64,000 bases of DNA from Camelus ferus. Taxonomy: Eukaryota. The notes under the pieces are model-generated. The model worked only from the letters and a program-made list of their open reading frames with translations. It made no database searches and had not been told where the DNA came from. This document shows positions 1 through 14,355 of this stretch, piece by piece. Made by a program: the position numbers and the translations under genes. The stretch lies in assembly GCF_009834535.1 (NCBI RefSeq), contig NC_045697.1:92258001-92322000 (forward strand). Direction: 5' to 3'. Positions within the stretch are counted from its first letter, which is position 1; each line of letters opens with the position of its first letter.

Positions 1-2422
1 GGAAAGTAAGAGTAATAACTATTTCTTTTAGTTTTCAAGCAAGTATTTATCAGTAATTCGTAAATAACAATAATACATTATTTTTATATATCTAAATTAA
101 TTATACTTCTTTGATATTCCATACAGCATGAAGTAATTATTCAAGGTATAGGCAGAGCAAAAAGATTTAGTAAGTGACTTGATTATTTAAACTGTTAGGA
201 ATGGAGGCAGTGCAAACAGGTGAAAAGGTAATATAAACAGATCCAGTGGTTATAACCTTTGGGATTAATGTGGATAAAAAATATCTGATATACTACAACC
301 AGTTAGTCTGAGTGGACTGGGTATAGTAAATTGCACTTACTAGAGTTGTCATTCCATGGAAACTTTATTCCATCATTTGGATCAAGAATAAATCTAAGCT
401 GAGATAAATGTTCTAATGTTATAGATACCTGAGATATTATACTCCACCTTGAAAAAAATGATTTTGTGTTTATTGTGGATTAATTCCAGAGGTTAGTGTT
501 TGTAGACTTCAAAATATAATAGGGCTAAGAATGAATAACATTGAATTAGTAAAGCTTGATCTATAATTACCATTTACACCAGGCAAGAGAAATATTTTAT
601 TGTAACTGACCTGAATAATAGAGTGGGATGGAAGGAAGGAAGTTTATTTATTTGAGACACCAAATGAAAACTATGAAACACAAAGGGGAAAAGGTAGTTT
701 CACTGAGAATAAAATATTCATGTTGATAACTTACGTAAGACAAAAGATGGAGTGTTTTCTGCAGGGAAATTACTTTCTTTGATGAGCTCCATTTATGCAT
801 GATGAAGTTTTAAATTTTTGAAAACCCCCTTGGTTATTTTTTCTTCCTTTCAATTCTTGTGGTTTTAATTTCAGACATAAACAGATGTAAAATTTTCTTG
901 CTAAAAGCTTCTTACTCTGCTTAAAGTTGAATTTATAGCACAGGGAAAAAAATGCCTTCTTACAATGACAGTGATTAGGAAATCAATATTTAAGGCACTG
1001 GATTCATGAATTGCACGGTGAACAGTGGCTCCATTCGTTTTGAAACCACTGTATGATAAAATATATCTTCATTTACTTTGCTCATTTTTAAGATTGTTTG
1101 TTTGAAGCATATTCTTGAGGGATGCTGAGTATTATATCTTCTAACTAGCAGCTTGAGTTTGGAAGCAATTTTGTTTGAGTAAAATCCACTATGTAATGAC
1201 TTTGAGTGGCCTGCAAGCTGCATGTTAAGGCTCACATACATACTTCTTGAGGATAGAAAGCTATTGGTTTTACTTGGTAATTTAATGTGGGAAGCATTTT
1301 AGAAACTTCAATGGCAAATGAGGATCTGAATCTTACATATTGCCTATCACCCTAATCAAGAGAGAAGGGACAATAGAATATACTTCATCTCTAGAGACTT
1401 GGGTTCCAATAGTAGAACATGAAACTAGATGGGAAGATAGATGTGTGGGTCTCAGTATGTAGACTTATTTATGCATCACAGAGTCACCATGCAATCTGAC
1501 ACTATTTGAAGGAGGTTGCTAGTATCAGCCTCACAAAAGACTGAGACAAAAGTGGGCAGAAGAAGGAATGTTTATAAGTTGATGTACATTAGCCAAACAT
1601 TGATGGAGCCTGCTTGTATGCAATTGCCTGATGCATTAGGAGCAAATCTTTAGGGAAATGTACTTAGTGACATAAATCATAAACAAAGCTCTGTAGAATT
1701 ACCAAGTGTGGTAAGTAGATACCTACACTGGTAGAATGACTGTTATTAGACTGAAACCCTGAATTTGCTGCCTACTTCAAAATCATTTGCAAATCTCTCT
1801 CAGTGGCCCAGTTCTGCAGTCCTTGACAGCAGGAATCTAACCTATGTTTTCACACTTAAAAATCTAACAAAATCTAGTGATTCAAACATGTTTTTGGAAG
1901 TTAAGAAAATGATAAATAATAAATAACTACACACACTTACAATTGTTTATATGTATATATACAAATACACACATTTTTAACTCTCATGTACTTAGGTAAT
2001 TGAAAAGTATGTGGATTCATAGAATAATAATGCTTAAGAAATCAACAATTTTAGAATGTTTCTGCCTTTAAATATGGGACAGTGGTTTTGCCAAACTGAT
2101 GTATAATTTGGCAAATATTTATTGATTCTTAGTCCTTGGAGATTCAGAGACAACTGGCTCCCATTTACAGCCTTGAAAAGCACACAGGTAGCTGAGGTAG
2201 ACAGAGAAACCAGTCAGATTTTCATAGCTTAAAACAGTGAGTATAAATTAAGTACATGTTGTTATGCAAATGTGCTTTACTGTAAGAAGTAAAAGGAAGG
2301 TTTTGAACTTGGTGATGTGGATTGCATTAAATGAGTGGAAGGCTATGATGGAGTGTGGGGATGTAAGGTGAACAAGACATGGAATTAACAGAAAACCTGA
2401 ACCTTAAAGATAAGAGGACATA

Positions 2423-5400
2423 GAACTGTAGGACAGATCATATGTTAGGTCACAAAACAAGTCTCAGTAATTTAAAGAAGATTCAAATTATATCAAGCAT
2501 CTTTACTGACTATAGTAGGATGAAACTAGAAATCAACTACAAGAAGAAAACAGGAAAACTCACAAATATGTGGAGATTAAACAACATCCTACTAAACAAC
2601 CAGTGGATGAACAAAGAAATCAATAGAGAAATAAAAAAATACCTTGAGAAAAGTGAAAATGGAAATACAATATAACAAAATATATGAGATGCAGCAAAAG
2701 CAGTTCTAAGGGGAAAGTTCACAGTGATGGAGGCATACATCAAAAAACAAGAAAAATCTCAAAGAATTTAACTTCAGATCTAAAGAAACTAGGGGGGAAA
2801 AGAACAAAGCCCAAAGTTATAAGGAAGGAAATTAGAAAGATCAGAGTGGAAATAAATAAAACAGAGACCAATAAGACAATGAAAAGACCAATGAAACTAA
2901 GAGCTGGTTCTTTGAAAAGATAAACAAAATTGGAAAACCTTTAGCTAGACTAAGAAAAAGAGAGTAAATTAGTAAAAATCAGAATTGAAAGATGGGACTT
3001 TACAACTGATATCAAAGAAATACAAAAGATTATAAGATACTACTGTGAACAATTATACACCAACAAATTGGACAATCTTTGAGAAATAGATAAATTTCTA
3101 GAAAACACAATCTTTCAAAACTGAACCATGAAGATAACAGAAACTTTAAGTAGACCAATTACTAGCAAGTAGATTAAATTAGTAGTCAGAAACCTCCTAA
3201 CAATCAAAAATCCAGGACCAGACAGCTCTACTGGTAAATTCTACGAAAGATTCAAGGGACGATTTAGTGTTAATCCTTCTCAAAGTCTTCCAGAAAACTG
3301 AAGAGGAAGGAATGCTTCCAAATTCATTTTAAAAGACCAGCATTTCCCTGATACCACAATGAGAAAGTTACACCTCACAGAAAACAATTATAGACTCATA
3401 TCTCTGATAAACATGGATGCAGAAATCCTCAACAGAATATTAACAAACCAAATTCAACAGTACACTTAACAGATCATACTTCATGGTCAAGTAGGATGTA
3501 CTCAGGGTCACAAGGATGGTTCAGCATTTGCAAATCGTTCAGTGTGATGCACCACATTAACAAATGAAGGTTAAGTCATACAACCACCTCAACAGATGCA
3601 GAAAAAGCATTTGACAAAATTCAGCATCTATTCATGATAAAAAAAAAACCTCTTAATAAAGTGGATATAGACAGAAAATACATCAGTGTAATAAAGATCA
3701 TATGTGACAAGCCCATAGCTAACATCATACTCAGCAGTGGAAAGTTGAAAGCTTTCCCTCTAAGATCAGGAACAAGACAAGGATTCCTGCTCTTGCCACT
3801 TTTACTCAACGTAATATTGGAAATGCTATCCAGAACAGTTAGGCAAGAAAAACAAAAGGCAGCCAAATTGGAAATGACAAAGTAAAGCTATCACTATTTG
3901 CAGACAACATGATTTTATATATAGAAAACCCTAAAAACTTCACCACAAAAACTGTCAAAGCTAATAAACAAATTCAGTAAAGTTGCAGGGTACAAAATCA
4001 ACATACGAACATCTGTTGTGTTTTTATATGATAATGACAAACTTGGAAAAAAGAATTAAGAAAAGAATCCTATTCACAATTACATCAAAAAGTAATACCT
4101 ATGAATAAATTTAACCAAGGAGGTGAACTCCTGTGCACTGAAAACTATAAGATGTTGGTAAAATAAATTAAAGATGACACAAGTAAGTGGAAAGGTACTG
4201 TGGTCATGAATTGGAGTGATTAATATGGTTAAAAAGTCCATGTTACCCGAAACGATTTACAGATTCAGTGTAATGCCTGTAAAAATTCCAATGTTATTTT
4301 TCACAGATACAGAACAAACAATCCTAAAATTTTCATGGAACCACTAAAGATCTGGAATAGTCAAAGCCATCTTGAGAAAGAAGAGCAGAGCTGGGGGTAT
4401 CACAGTCCCTGATTTTACACTATATTACAAAGATGTAGTAGTGTATTAACAGTATGGTAGTGGCATAAAACAGACACATAGATCAGTGGAATAGAATATA
4501 GAGAGCCCAAAAAGAAAGCCACATGTATACAATTAACTAAAGGGTGCAAACAAGGCAAGAATATACAATAAAGAAATGACAGTCTCTTCAATACATGGTT
4601 TTGGGAAAACTGGGCAGCCACAAGAAACAATGAAATTAGACTGTTCTCTTTCACCATGAACAAAAATTTACTCAAAATAGATTAAAGACTTGAATGTAAG
4701 ACCAGAAACCATACAACTATAGAAGAAAACATAGCGGGTAAACTCATTGACATTGATTTTGGTGACTTTTTGGATATGATTCCAAAGATAGGGGCAACAG
4801 AAGCGGAAATAAGCAATTGAGATTACATCAAATTAAAAAGCTTCTGCACAGCAAAGCAAGTCAACAAAATGAAAAGGCAATCTACTGAATGGGAGAATAT
4901 ATTTCCAAATCATATAACTGATAAATTAATATCCAAAATATGTGAAGAATACATGCAACTTAATAACAAAAAGAACAAACAATCCAATTTAAAAATGGGC
5001 AGAGGATCTGAATAGACATTTTTCTGAAGAAAACATACAGATGGCTAACAAGAACATGAAAAGATATTCATTATCATTAATCATCAGGGAAATGCAAATC
5101 AAAACCTCAATGAGATGTCATTTCACACCTGGCGGAATGGTTATTATCAAAAGGACAAGAAATAAAGTGTTGGAGAAAATGTGGGAAAAAAGGGAACCCT
5201 TGCGCATTTTTGATGGGAATGTAAATTGTTACAGTGACTATGGAATGCAGTATGGAAGTTCCTCAAAAAATTAAAAGTAGAACTACCAAATGATCCAGCA
5301 ATTCTACTACTGGACATTTATCTGAAAAATAGGGAAAAACTAACTCAGAAAGTTGTATATGCCTGTATGTTCACTGCAGCATTATTTACAGTAGCCAAGG

Positions 5401-5945
5401 TATATTTATGATGGGATTCTACTAGGTCATAAAGAGGAATGAAATCTTGCCATTTGTAGCAGCATGGGTAGATCTTCAGGATATTATGCTAAGTTAAATA
5501 AGTCAGATAGAGAAATACATGATTTCACTTAAATGTGGAATCTATAGAACAAAAACAAATGAACAGACAAAACCTAACTAACAGATACAGAGGCTAGATT
5601 GGTAGTTGCCAGAGGGCAAGTGTGTTAAGAGGTAGGTGGATTGGGTGATTCTGTTAAGAGTTAACAAACTTCCAGTTACAAAATAAGTAAGTCCTGGGAG
5701 TGTAATATACAGCATGACCACTTATGTCAATAAAATTGTGTTGCATATTTAAAAGTTGCTAAGAGAGTAAACCTTAAAAGTTCTCATCACTAGAAAAAAA
5801 TTTTATAACTTCGTATGGTGACAGATAATAACTAGACTTACTGTGATCATTTTGTGGTGTATACAAATATCGAATCATTTTGTTGTTCACCTGAAACTAA
5901 TATGTTATGTGTCAGTTATACCTTACTAAAACAAAAGCAAAGCAA
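2423..5945 (+). mobile_element. 5'-truncated LINE-1 (end of EN domain, rest of ORF2, 3' UTR), inactive
   Basis: ORF fragments translate to L1 ORF2p ([48 protein letters not shown]). RT motif reads LFADNM near 3894-3911. L1MA-type 3' UTR and A-rich tail. TSD aaagataagag(g/a)acata at 2406-2422 and 5946-5962, TT/AAAG endonuclease site. Many stops and frameshifts. Confidence 0.97.
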
Positions 5946-6224
5946 AAAGATAAGAGAACATACAAAAATTTTTATATTCCTTCCATAAAGCTGCTGGGTA
6001 CATGGAGAGGGCACTGGATTGCTTCCTGGCTCTGTCCAGCCACTCTTTGATGGTCTTTGCAAGTACCTAACTTTGGAGTTTCATTTCTTTACCAATAAAA
6101 TGTATTTAATAAAACACTGTCTTCCAGGGATGTTGTGAAGATATACTTTGTAAATGGTACATACAGAGTAGGTATTCAATAAATAGTATTTAAGGAGATT
6201 ACAATAATCAACAATGACCTTAAC

Positions 6225-6360
6225 CAGAGGTTCCCAGTTTTGGCTGCATATTAGAATAATTTAGAGAACTTCCAAAAAGGATTTCTTAAATGCTGGTGTT
6301 TACATTTCACCCCCTAGAGATTCTGACTTAACTGGGCATGGTTATAGTCTGGATATGAAA
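6225..6360. mobile_element. hAT-Charlie MITE fragment (MER5A-like)
   Basis: cagaggttccc...tggctgcatattagaat...cacccctagagattctgacttaactggg resembles MER5A. Confidence 0.7.
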
Positions 6361-6407
6361 CTTAAAGGAGAACACAGGAAAATATGAGAAAGAATAAGAA
6401 ACAGTTG

Positions 6408-6478
6408 AAAGAAAGAAAGAAAGAAAAAGAAAGGAAGGAAGGAAGGAAAGAAAAGGAAGGAAGGAAGGAAGGAAGGAA
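6408..6478 (+). repeat. (GAAA)n/(GAAG)n polypurine microsatellite
   Basis: Directly visible. Confidence 0.95.
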
Positions 6479-7864
6479 TGTAGAGTCTATCAATATGCTA
6501 AGGAGTAGATTTCCTTCATTTCATAGAACAGAAAGATTGCCACCACCGTTAGGTGTGGTTGATAAGTATCTCCAGGTTTCACCTGTTCCAAAGCAGCTGA
6601 CTTTTGAGGAGGGCTAACCGACAGAGGCAGAGTTTCTGCATTCTAGGAGTGTCTTCTATGGAGTGCATCAATTCTGTGCTTCATATTATGGTGGAATAGG
6701 TCATAAGTTTTATTCCTTGGAATAGAAGCAGCCTGGAAGAGGTGGTGAGGAAATCTAATATTGAGGAGTAATAATTCTTAGAGCTTTTTAAAGTACTTCA
6801 GTTTATCCTGTCTAATTAATACGCATCTCAAAAGAGACTGAGGCCCTGCTTTGAGGATGTGAAATACAGCAAAAGCATTCCTGCCTAAACCTTTAACCAT
6901 GGGTTTGATGACTGGCAGTGATCTTTGTAACTATGTTACACAAAAAAGAAATAGGCTTAATTATAGCAGAAAGAATTGTAAATACATACTAGAGAAAGTG
7001 AGAGCTCAGTTTGAATGTTAAAACAATTTCCTTTTTTTTTTTAATAAGCCATCATATTCTACCCTGGTTACTAGAAATGATATTGCATGGCAGAATCATA
7101 TTCTCTAACACTGAACATCAAAGAAAAACCAAAAGAAGCAAAATTATTTTTAATAGATTCAGATTCCTAAGACTAGAATTTATTTTTTACATGAAAAATT
7201 GGTATTTTGATTATGTGAATAATATATATTACACTGTTGTGATTGTTATCTGGGACCTCCAGATAAATGAATAATTTTACCCATGTATTGTTTTTTCCAT
7301 GAAAATACTTTAGACTAATTGGAAAATAATTAACTACATTTATTTTTTTCCCCATGAAAATCTTTTGATATTGCAGAAATATTTCCCTGTGAAATATATA
7401 ATTGCTAAAATATTTCCCACTTAAAATCATTCTCGTTACTTTATGCCATTCGTAGGATGGAAATACTTGAAATCTCATCATCAAAAGAGATTTTACTATA
7501 GATCTTTAATTCAGTGTATGCTAAGCAACACCTATAAAGTATTTTAGGAATAGAAATTAAATACCAGGCTATAATTAGAATAGTTTTTGGTGAAATGTAT
7601 CCATTTTTGCTCTTCTTCACATCAAATTCACATACTTGCAGACTTGTCTGAATGCTGTTTTTATTTTTGTACTCTGCATTTACACAAGATCCGTGTACAG
7701 TCTGACATTTGCTTCAACCACTAGAATGGACTGTTTTTGTTGCTGTTAAACACACCAACTATTTTCATGTAAACAAATCCACTAGTCACTTTTCAGTCCC
7801 CATCTTATTTGACTTCTCTTCAGCATTTGATACAGTTAAAAGTCCTTCTTTGAGACATTCTCTT

Positions 7865-8411
7865 TGTTGAGGTCCACGAGTCAAAGATCACTTGTAGTTG
7901 AACAAATTGGGCTTTTGGATATCTGGTGCAGGAAGGGGACTATATTCCACAGGGAACTGTGAGGCATCTTAATTAGATGTGCCAAGAAGTTCTTGTTACA
8001 GGTTTTGGGCTTGTATTATGTGATTTGGAGGAAGGTTCAAGGAATGGAATCTGTTCTAGACTGAGTGCTTTGAGGAAGCAACTGGATTCTATGGCTGTGC
8101 ATCTTAATAATTTTTATTTTGTAGGTAGAAAGAACAGGGTAAGACTAAAGCTGTAAGTGTGAAGAAGCAGCTGCTACTCTTATTAGTTGGGAGTTGGGAA
8201 GTTTGGAAATATTTGTAGTTTTCATAATGTTCTTATGTTTGTCTGTGGTCAGAGTCCTCTTGTTTTTGTTTCACAGCATCATGATTACATAGTGACCTTG
8301 TCTGAAGCTGGTGTTGAAATTGTTCACATTCAACTGGAAAATACCATGGCCTAGCTCTGTGCCAGGCCAGCTTCCATCTGATGGCTGTCAGCATTGCCTT
8401 TTTCTTTCTCA
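7865..8411 (-). mobile_element. Solo LTR, family uncertain, inserted in L2
   Basis: TG...CA-bounded ~550-bp block splitting collinear L2 sequence. LTR-like composition, no clean TSD. Confidence 0.6.
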
Positions 8412-8639
8412 AGATCATGGTACCATATTCTCTTTGGTTTCTTTCTACTGCTCAACCTGCTCCTTTTCAGTCTTCCTCACAGTATCTTCTTCTATATAAT
8501 CTTTAACTCTTAGAGTTTTCCAGGCCTTATATCTGGATCATCTTTTATATTATCCTACACTTCATATGCAGTTTTATTTATTTTTATGATTTTAATTACT
8601 ATCTGCTTTCTTCAGACTGGGACTATTATCTGCCTAAAA

Positions 8640-9433
8640 GATGGGTTGAAAAACTATAGCCCATAGGTCAGATACAGCCCAAAGTCTGTTTTTGCTCAGA
8701 TATGAGGTGGTTTTTATAGGTTTAAATGGTTAGAAAAAATCTAAATATGAATATTTCATGACGCATAAAATTATATAAAATTTAAGTTACAGTATATAAA
8801 CAAAAAAGGAGCAAAGTGTTGCTTACCACCCAGTTCTACAAGGATTAAGTGATCAGCCACTGCAGTTGCCCACCCACAGTGCAACCTGAGAGGCATTCAG
8901 GATGAAAAACAGGGCGAGGCACCTGTGCTTTGAATAAGCAGGACCTTATATATATATATATATTTTGGAAAGAATATTAATGACCCCAGATTCTTGCATC
9001 TTCTTATACATAGAAAAGCACTAAAGTCATTAACATGAGATATCTGTTCTTTGTGAATAGCAGTAATCTTTTACCAAGAATGTATGCTTGACTGTAAGTA
9101 TTTCCTAGCCAAAAATCATATATAAATTGGCTTCTCCCCAACCTCCTTAGAGTAGTTTCCTCAGAGCTACTAAGCAGCTGTCTCCTGAGCTATAGTCCTT
9201 ACTTAATAAGATCCTTGAATAAAACTTAAATTCATACCTCTAAGGTTGTACATTATTCTTTAAGTTGACAACTGTCCAAAGATAAAATTTTATTGGAATC
9301 CAGGCATGTTAATTTGTTTAGGTATTTTCTATGGCTACTTTTTTTTGCTGCAAGGGCAGTGTTGAGCAGTTGCAATAGAGAGCCAGAATTATCTACTAGC
9401 TATCCCTTTATAGGAAAAGTTTGCCAACCCCTG
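8640..9433 (+). mobile_element. hAT-Charlie MITE (MER58B-like), split by an LTR
   Basis: Left half gggttgaaaaactatagcccatagg...; right half ...ttttattggaatccaggc...gttgagcagttgcaatagagag...gaaaagtttgccaacccctg. Confidence 0.85.
8795..9270 (+). mobile_element. ERV1-type solo LTR nested in MER58B
   Basis: TATA-like tatataaa ~9119-9126, AATAAA 9218-9223, ends ttctttaagttgaca. Flanks agta/actg each differ by one base from an agtg 4-bp TSD. Confidence 0.8.
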
Positions 9434-10929
9434 CTTTAAAATCATGCATTTAACTAATCTGTGAGATTTTTCAATTGATTATTTTAGTCATCTTAAAATA
9501 TTTAAAAGATAAATTTTATCCGCCTCCAATCCATACCTCTGCCTGCTCATCTTAATATTTGGGGCCCTTGCCACACAGAAATTCAAATCAGAAACCACAA
9601 ATCATCCTTAATTCTTATTTCTCCTCTACCCTACATTTCTAGTCCTTCTGGAAATCCATGGTTTCCGCTTCCAAACTATATTGCAAATAGGTCAGTCAGC
9701 CTTCATTTATTCTGCCATCATTCTCTCATACCATCACCACCTTGCATCTCTTCTACTCAAACAGCCTCCTCCTTGGTTTCCCACTCATGTGACTCTTAAG
9801 TCCTTAAACCATGATATTTTCTATCATTACATCTGCTCATAGCAATTATCATAATTTTTATGTAAATATTTGGGTTTAAATTCTATATATTTACTTATTT
9901 ATTGTCTATCCAAACAAATAAGCTCTACAGAGGTGACTTCATACATTGTAGTTCAATAGTGGATATAAACATTTTGTATAGTGACTGGTGTGGAGTAGAA
10001 GGTCAGTAAGTATTTTTTTTAACCAGTGACTGACTGACTTAAAGCCCACGAAGATAGAGGTGCAGTTACCCCCTCATGCACACACACCTGCACACAGTCC
10101 ACTTCTAAGGGAAAAATAAATATATTGCATGTGCACATTTATCAGTTGAGTATGCATCACTACGTTTGAACCACATCTATAAGAGAGGAAGTTTGCTCTG
10201 GGAAGGACAAGTTGATGCTGATTTTATCTTGACTTTTAAGAATTAGAACTTGGTCAGTTTTTGTTGTTGGTAGTGGTGATGATAGTGACCTTTTTCCTAG
10301 CAAACAAAACCAAACCAGTGATTTACTTACATCATTCTTGTGACTCAAAAGATATCTCAACTGAACTGGTTGTTTACTTGAAAATTTGTTGTCAAATAGA
10401 TGTATATTTCATTTTATAAAGGAGAGAACTATCCAGTAATTTTTATGTGGATTTTAAATAGGAACTTAGACACTTCCAAAGTAATACTGAAATAGGAATG
10501 TAGACTAACTGTATATATGCACTGTTTTGGAGTGTGTAGCAATTGGAAGAAACTGTTGAATGCATGAGTTAGCGTTTAGGTAGAACCAACATGGTGAAAT
10601 GGCCATAGGGTATGGCATGAAGGTGGCCACTTGAGAACAGTTTTGTAAAGTGATAGAGAAAGAGGCCAGACTGCAGGACTTTACAGATAAGTTACCTGGT
10701 AAGAAAAAATGCAGTGAGTTGGCAGTAAAATGGAGAATAAAAATGGGATGGTAGACAGATGGAGAATCAAATACAGCAGGAAAGGAGAGGGGGACACTCT
10801 CAGTGTTTGCAGGCAGAAGAAAAGAAATCTAGTTAAAGTGGAAAAAAATTAAATTTGGCAGAGAGTGAGGAAAACATAAGAACCATACCACTCGAAAGCT
10901 TAAGTGCCTTCCCAAGTTTTGCATAATAA

Positions 10930-11140
10930 TTTGGATTTCAAAAAATGTTTTTACACAATTTGTATCATATGACCCTCACAAAACTGGATACGTCTGAGTA
11001 AACCAAGACAGGTGGTTCTATTCCCATTTCACAGATTAGGAAACAGAAGCTCAGTTCCTGGGGTCATGCAGTGGGTAAGTAACATAAGGGAGAACAGAAG
11101 TGTTCTCACTCCTACGTTTTTATACTTTCCACTGTACCAT
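10930..11140 (-). mobile_element. MIR SINE
   Basis: Core cccatttcacagattaggaaacagaagctcag. Confidence 0.75.
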
Positions 11141-11334
11141 GTTGACATTGTGTTGTTAATCTTTAAACAGAAGGAGATCGAAATCTGCTGTGAGGAAGAG
11201 AAGCATTTAAGGCAGTGATCCAAAAGAAGTAGTCTCTTTTCCCACCCACCCATTTAAACTGTTATCACATTTAAGTAAATTTCAGTAGGCCTGAAGTGTG
11301 GAAGGAGATGACTCATGAAGAAGCATGGGTAGCA

Positions 11335-11640
11335 TTCATTTATTTTTTTAAATTAACTGGTCATACACCGTGTACAAGTGTCGGAGATACAGGTGTATAA
11401 AAATAGCCATAGTCCTAGCCTTAATGAAGCTCATTCTCTAGTGGAAAGGATTGGCTTTTAATAAAGTAAGGAAATTAAATATTTGAGTACAAACTTAAAT
11501 ATGAAGGCTGTGTCAGCAGTGCTATGAAAGAATGTTACATGGGGCCTTGTTAAGCCTACAAGGAGGGGTAGTGTTTGCTTGATGAGAGGATGACAATTGA
11601 TGTAAACTCTAAAGGAGAAACAGGAGTGAAAAATCTGAAA
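11335..11640 (-). mobile_element. L2 3' end
   Basis: ttcatttatt...atagtcctagccttaatgaagctcattctctagtgg. Confidence 0.7.
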
Positions 11641-12280
11641 CAGAGAGGTACTGGAGCCTTTTAAGAAGGCTCTTATATATGAAGAAGTGAAAGGATCTGG
11701 TATGACCAGAAGACTTCTAGTTTACCAATGTTTGTGTGCCTTGAATTATAACAGACATATAGAATTCTTTCATTTTAAATAGTTATGTAATGATATTGAG
11801 CCATATAATTCTGATTCAACAGTTTTCTCAAGTGATGGCTTAAAAACAGAGACCAGAAATGACTGCTATAAAATAATAATTTTTGGTATAATTTATTTAT
11901 GTACATATATATATATAATAGACTATGTATAATGGTGTATATAATAATATTCTTGCAAAGGTCTCAAACAGTGATTTGCACATGATAAGCAACCATGAAG
12001 TAATGATTAGCTACTTTTTCAACATATGTTTATTGAAAACCTAGTAAATATAATACCTACAAACACCTTGCTGGATGCTACTGTCCTCTATTTGACCAAA
12101 GATTGATCAGGTGATGTTTTAAAGGAATACTTCTTTCTGTGAAAAAGCCATTACCATATGTGTTTGATGTACTTATAATCTCTAGATTTATGCAGGCTTT
12201 TTTGCCTTAGCTTCAGGTAGGGCAGGACAAATCCATTCTTCCTGTGCTGTAAGTGATGAAAATATTAAAATAGTTTTTAT

Positions 12281-12420
12281 CTGTGCTGTCCCCAATGGTG
12301 GTCATTAGCTACATGTGGCTTTTGAGTACCTGGAATGTGGCCTAGTGCAATTTTAATTTATTTTATTTTAATTTATTTTAATTTAAAAAGCTACATGTAA
12401 CTAGTAGCAACTGTACTGAA
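12281..12420. mobile_element. hAT-Charlie MITE (MER3-like)
   Basis: ctgtgctgtcc...tagctacatgtggcttttgagtacctggaatgtggc...agctacatgtaactagtagcaactgtactg. Confidence 0.75.
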
Positions 12421-13139
12421 GTGACATTTCAGAGGGATACAGGAAAAGACTTCAAGTTCCCTCTGCAATACTTTTGATACATTTGACATGAGCTTGATAT
12501 TTCTTGTATCTGGTGGCCTGGATCTAATTGAAAGAGATGTTTTCTTAGTATAAGGGAGAACTTACTTAAGGTGAAAAAATTTAGGTGTGAACAGAAGCTC
12601 ATTTTCCCAACTCACTCGGGGAATAACAACTGAACTTGTTTATATCAAAAAAAAAAAAAAAAAACCTGCCAAACCATGTAGATGGAATTGCACAGAAAGT
12701 GATTTTTTTTCAACAACCCAAAGGAGTAAACAGTTTTCTTTATGTTTACTGTTTGAGTAATAGCCACTTACAAAAGACAGAAATCATAGAAATAAATGAA
12801 GTAAATATATTTTATAATAAACATTCAGAATAATCTAGTGGTCATCTAAAGAAGCAGATGAGAGATTGTGTCTGTGTAATCTGTGGTCAGCCAACTCACT
12901 TCTCTCCATCATATTCAATATTTAGAATCTCTAAGAAACATCCTTTCTCTCTAAAATATTTATACTTGAATGTGTATGCATACAATTAATGTGTTCATTC
13001 AAAGGTATAAAAAGAATCTATAAAGTGAAAAGTGTATTTCTCTTCCCTGTTTGAATGATAGCCATCTAGGACTACTGCTTAGAGATTGTCCTTACTATCA
13101 GTTTTCTTGTTTTGTAAAAGTTTCAGAAATACTTAATTT

Positions 13140-13585
13140 ACTCCTTCAGTAGGTTTACTGAATATCTATTATATGCTAGGCATTGTTCTAACTACTAATT
13201 TACAAAGGTGGAAATAAAAAAATTAAAAATTTCTTTAAAAATTACATTCTAATGGAAGGAAATAGGCAATAAACAAAATAAAATTAAAATGTGGTGTATT
13301 AAGTAGTGATAAATGCTATCGATTTGTAAAAGGATTTTAAAAGAGGTAAAGATGTTGAAGGAGGAAAGGGAATAAGGATTGCCTCAGCTGGGGAAGGAGT
13401 TTACATTTTAAATAAGATGAGTAGAGAAGGACCTTCAAAACTTTATTTTCATCAAAAACATGAAGAAAATAAGGGAGCAAGATATGTTTAGGTAGAGAAC
13501 TGCATGTGCAAAGATCTTAATGTAGGAGCTTGTCCATCACCGTCCAGGAAAACATCTTTACAATGTAGCTGGAGCAGGGATCACA
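13140..13585 (-). mobile_element. L2 3' region
   Basis: tttactgaatatctattatatgctaggcattgttcta...gcatgtgcaaagatc...gtagctggagcag. Confidence 0.75.
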
Positions 13586-14164
13586 AGACAGAGCCTTTTT
13601 ATGCCAAGTAATTAATACACCATCTAACGATAGTTGTACTATTCTATGTTGTAGGTTTTTTTTCCATCAAATGTTTTATGTCTTTAGGTTTTGAATAGGG
13701 CTTCCATCTCTCTGGTACCTGCCATTTCTATTAACTACATACTAACTTCAGATAACATAATTACATATTAGGGTCTGATTATTTCTCTTATGAAAGAGAA
13801 ATATACTACATAATACTTACAAAAATAGCTAAGCTAATTTCTGTTCCAATGTTCTGTTCAAAGTCCAAGTTCAGTTTGTAATATAAGATTCTGTCCTATA
13901 TAAGACAGATTGTTTTGCACTGAATACAGTTTCATAAAAACTTAACCAAATTTTAATTTACTTGATTATAACATTATTGCCATTATTTTTATAGAAAAAA
14001 ATAAAAGACTTATGGAAGAGAACATTTCACTAATTTAGTTTATTAATGAGGACATCGAAATCTAGAGTGAAGTAAAATGATTTGCCAAAGACTCACATAA
14101 GTGATGATAGTTACAGCTAGCATTATTGTGTTTATAATATGTGATTGCCATTGTGGTAAATACA

Positions 14165-14355
14165 GGCATTATGTAATTTTAATCTTCCCAACAATCTGAG
14201 AGGCAGCCGTTAACTATTTTACTAATGAGGAAACTGAGGGAAATAAGTAAGTTCTGTAAAGTAATGCAGCAGGTAAATGATACAGCTGGGATCCTATTTA
14301 GGTCTTTATACCTCAGAAAGAACTCACATTGATAACTGTTTGCTACACTACTGGA
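14165..14355 (-). mobile_element. MIR SINE
   Basis: tttaatcttcccaacaatctgagagg...attttactaatgaggaaactgagg. Confidence 0.8.

Larger units (their letters stand above)
7700..10015 (+). mobile_element. Degenerate L2 LINE interrupted by later insertions
   Basis: ttatttgacttctcttcagcatttgatacagtt near 7806-7838 resembles the L2 RT segment (LLDLSAAFDTV). L2-like sequence resumes at ~8412-8640 and ~9440-10015 and ends in an L2-like terminus (gtagaaggtcagtaagtattt). Confidence 0.7.

Noticed and set aside
6384..6617. Lys/Glu/Arg-rich ORF
   Set aside because: Translation of the (GAAA)/(GAAG) microsatellite.
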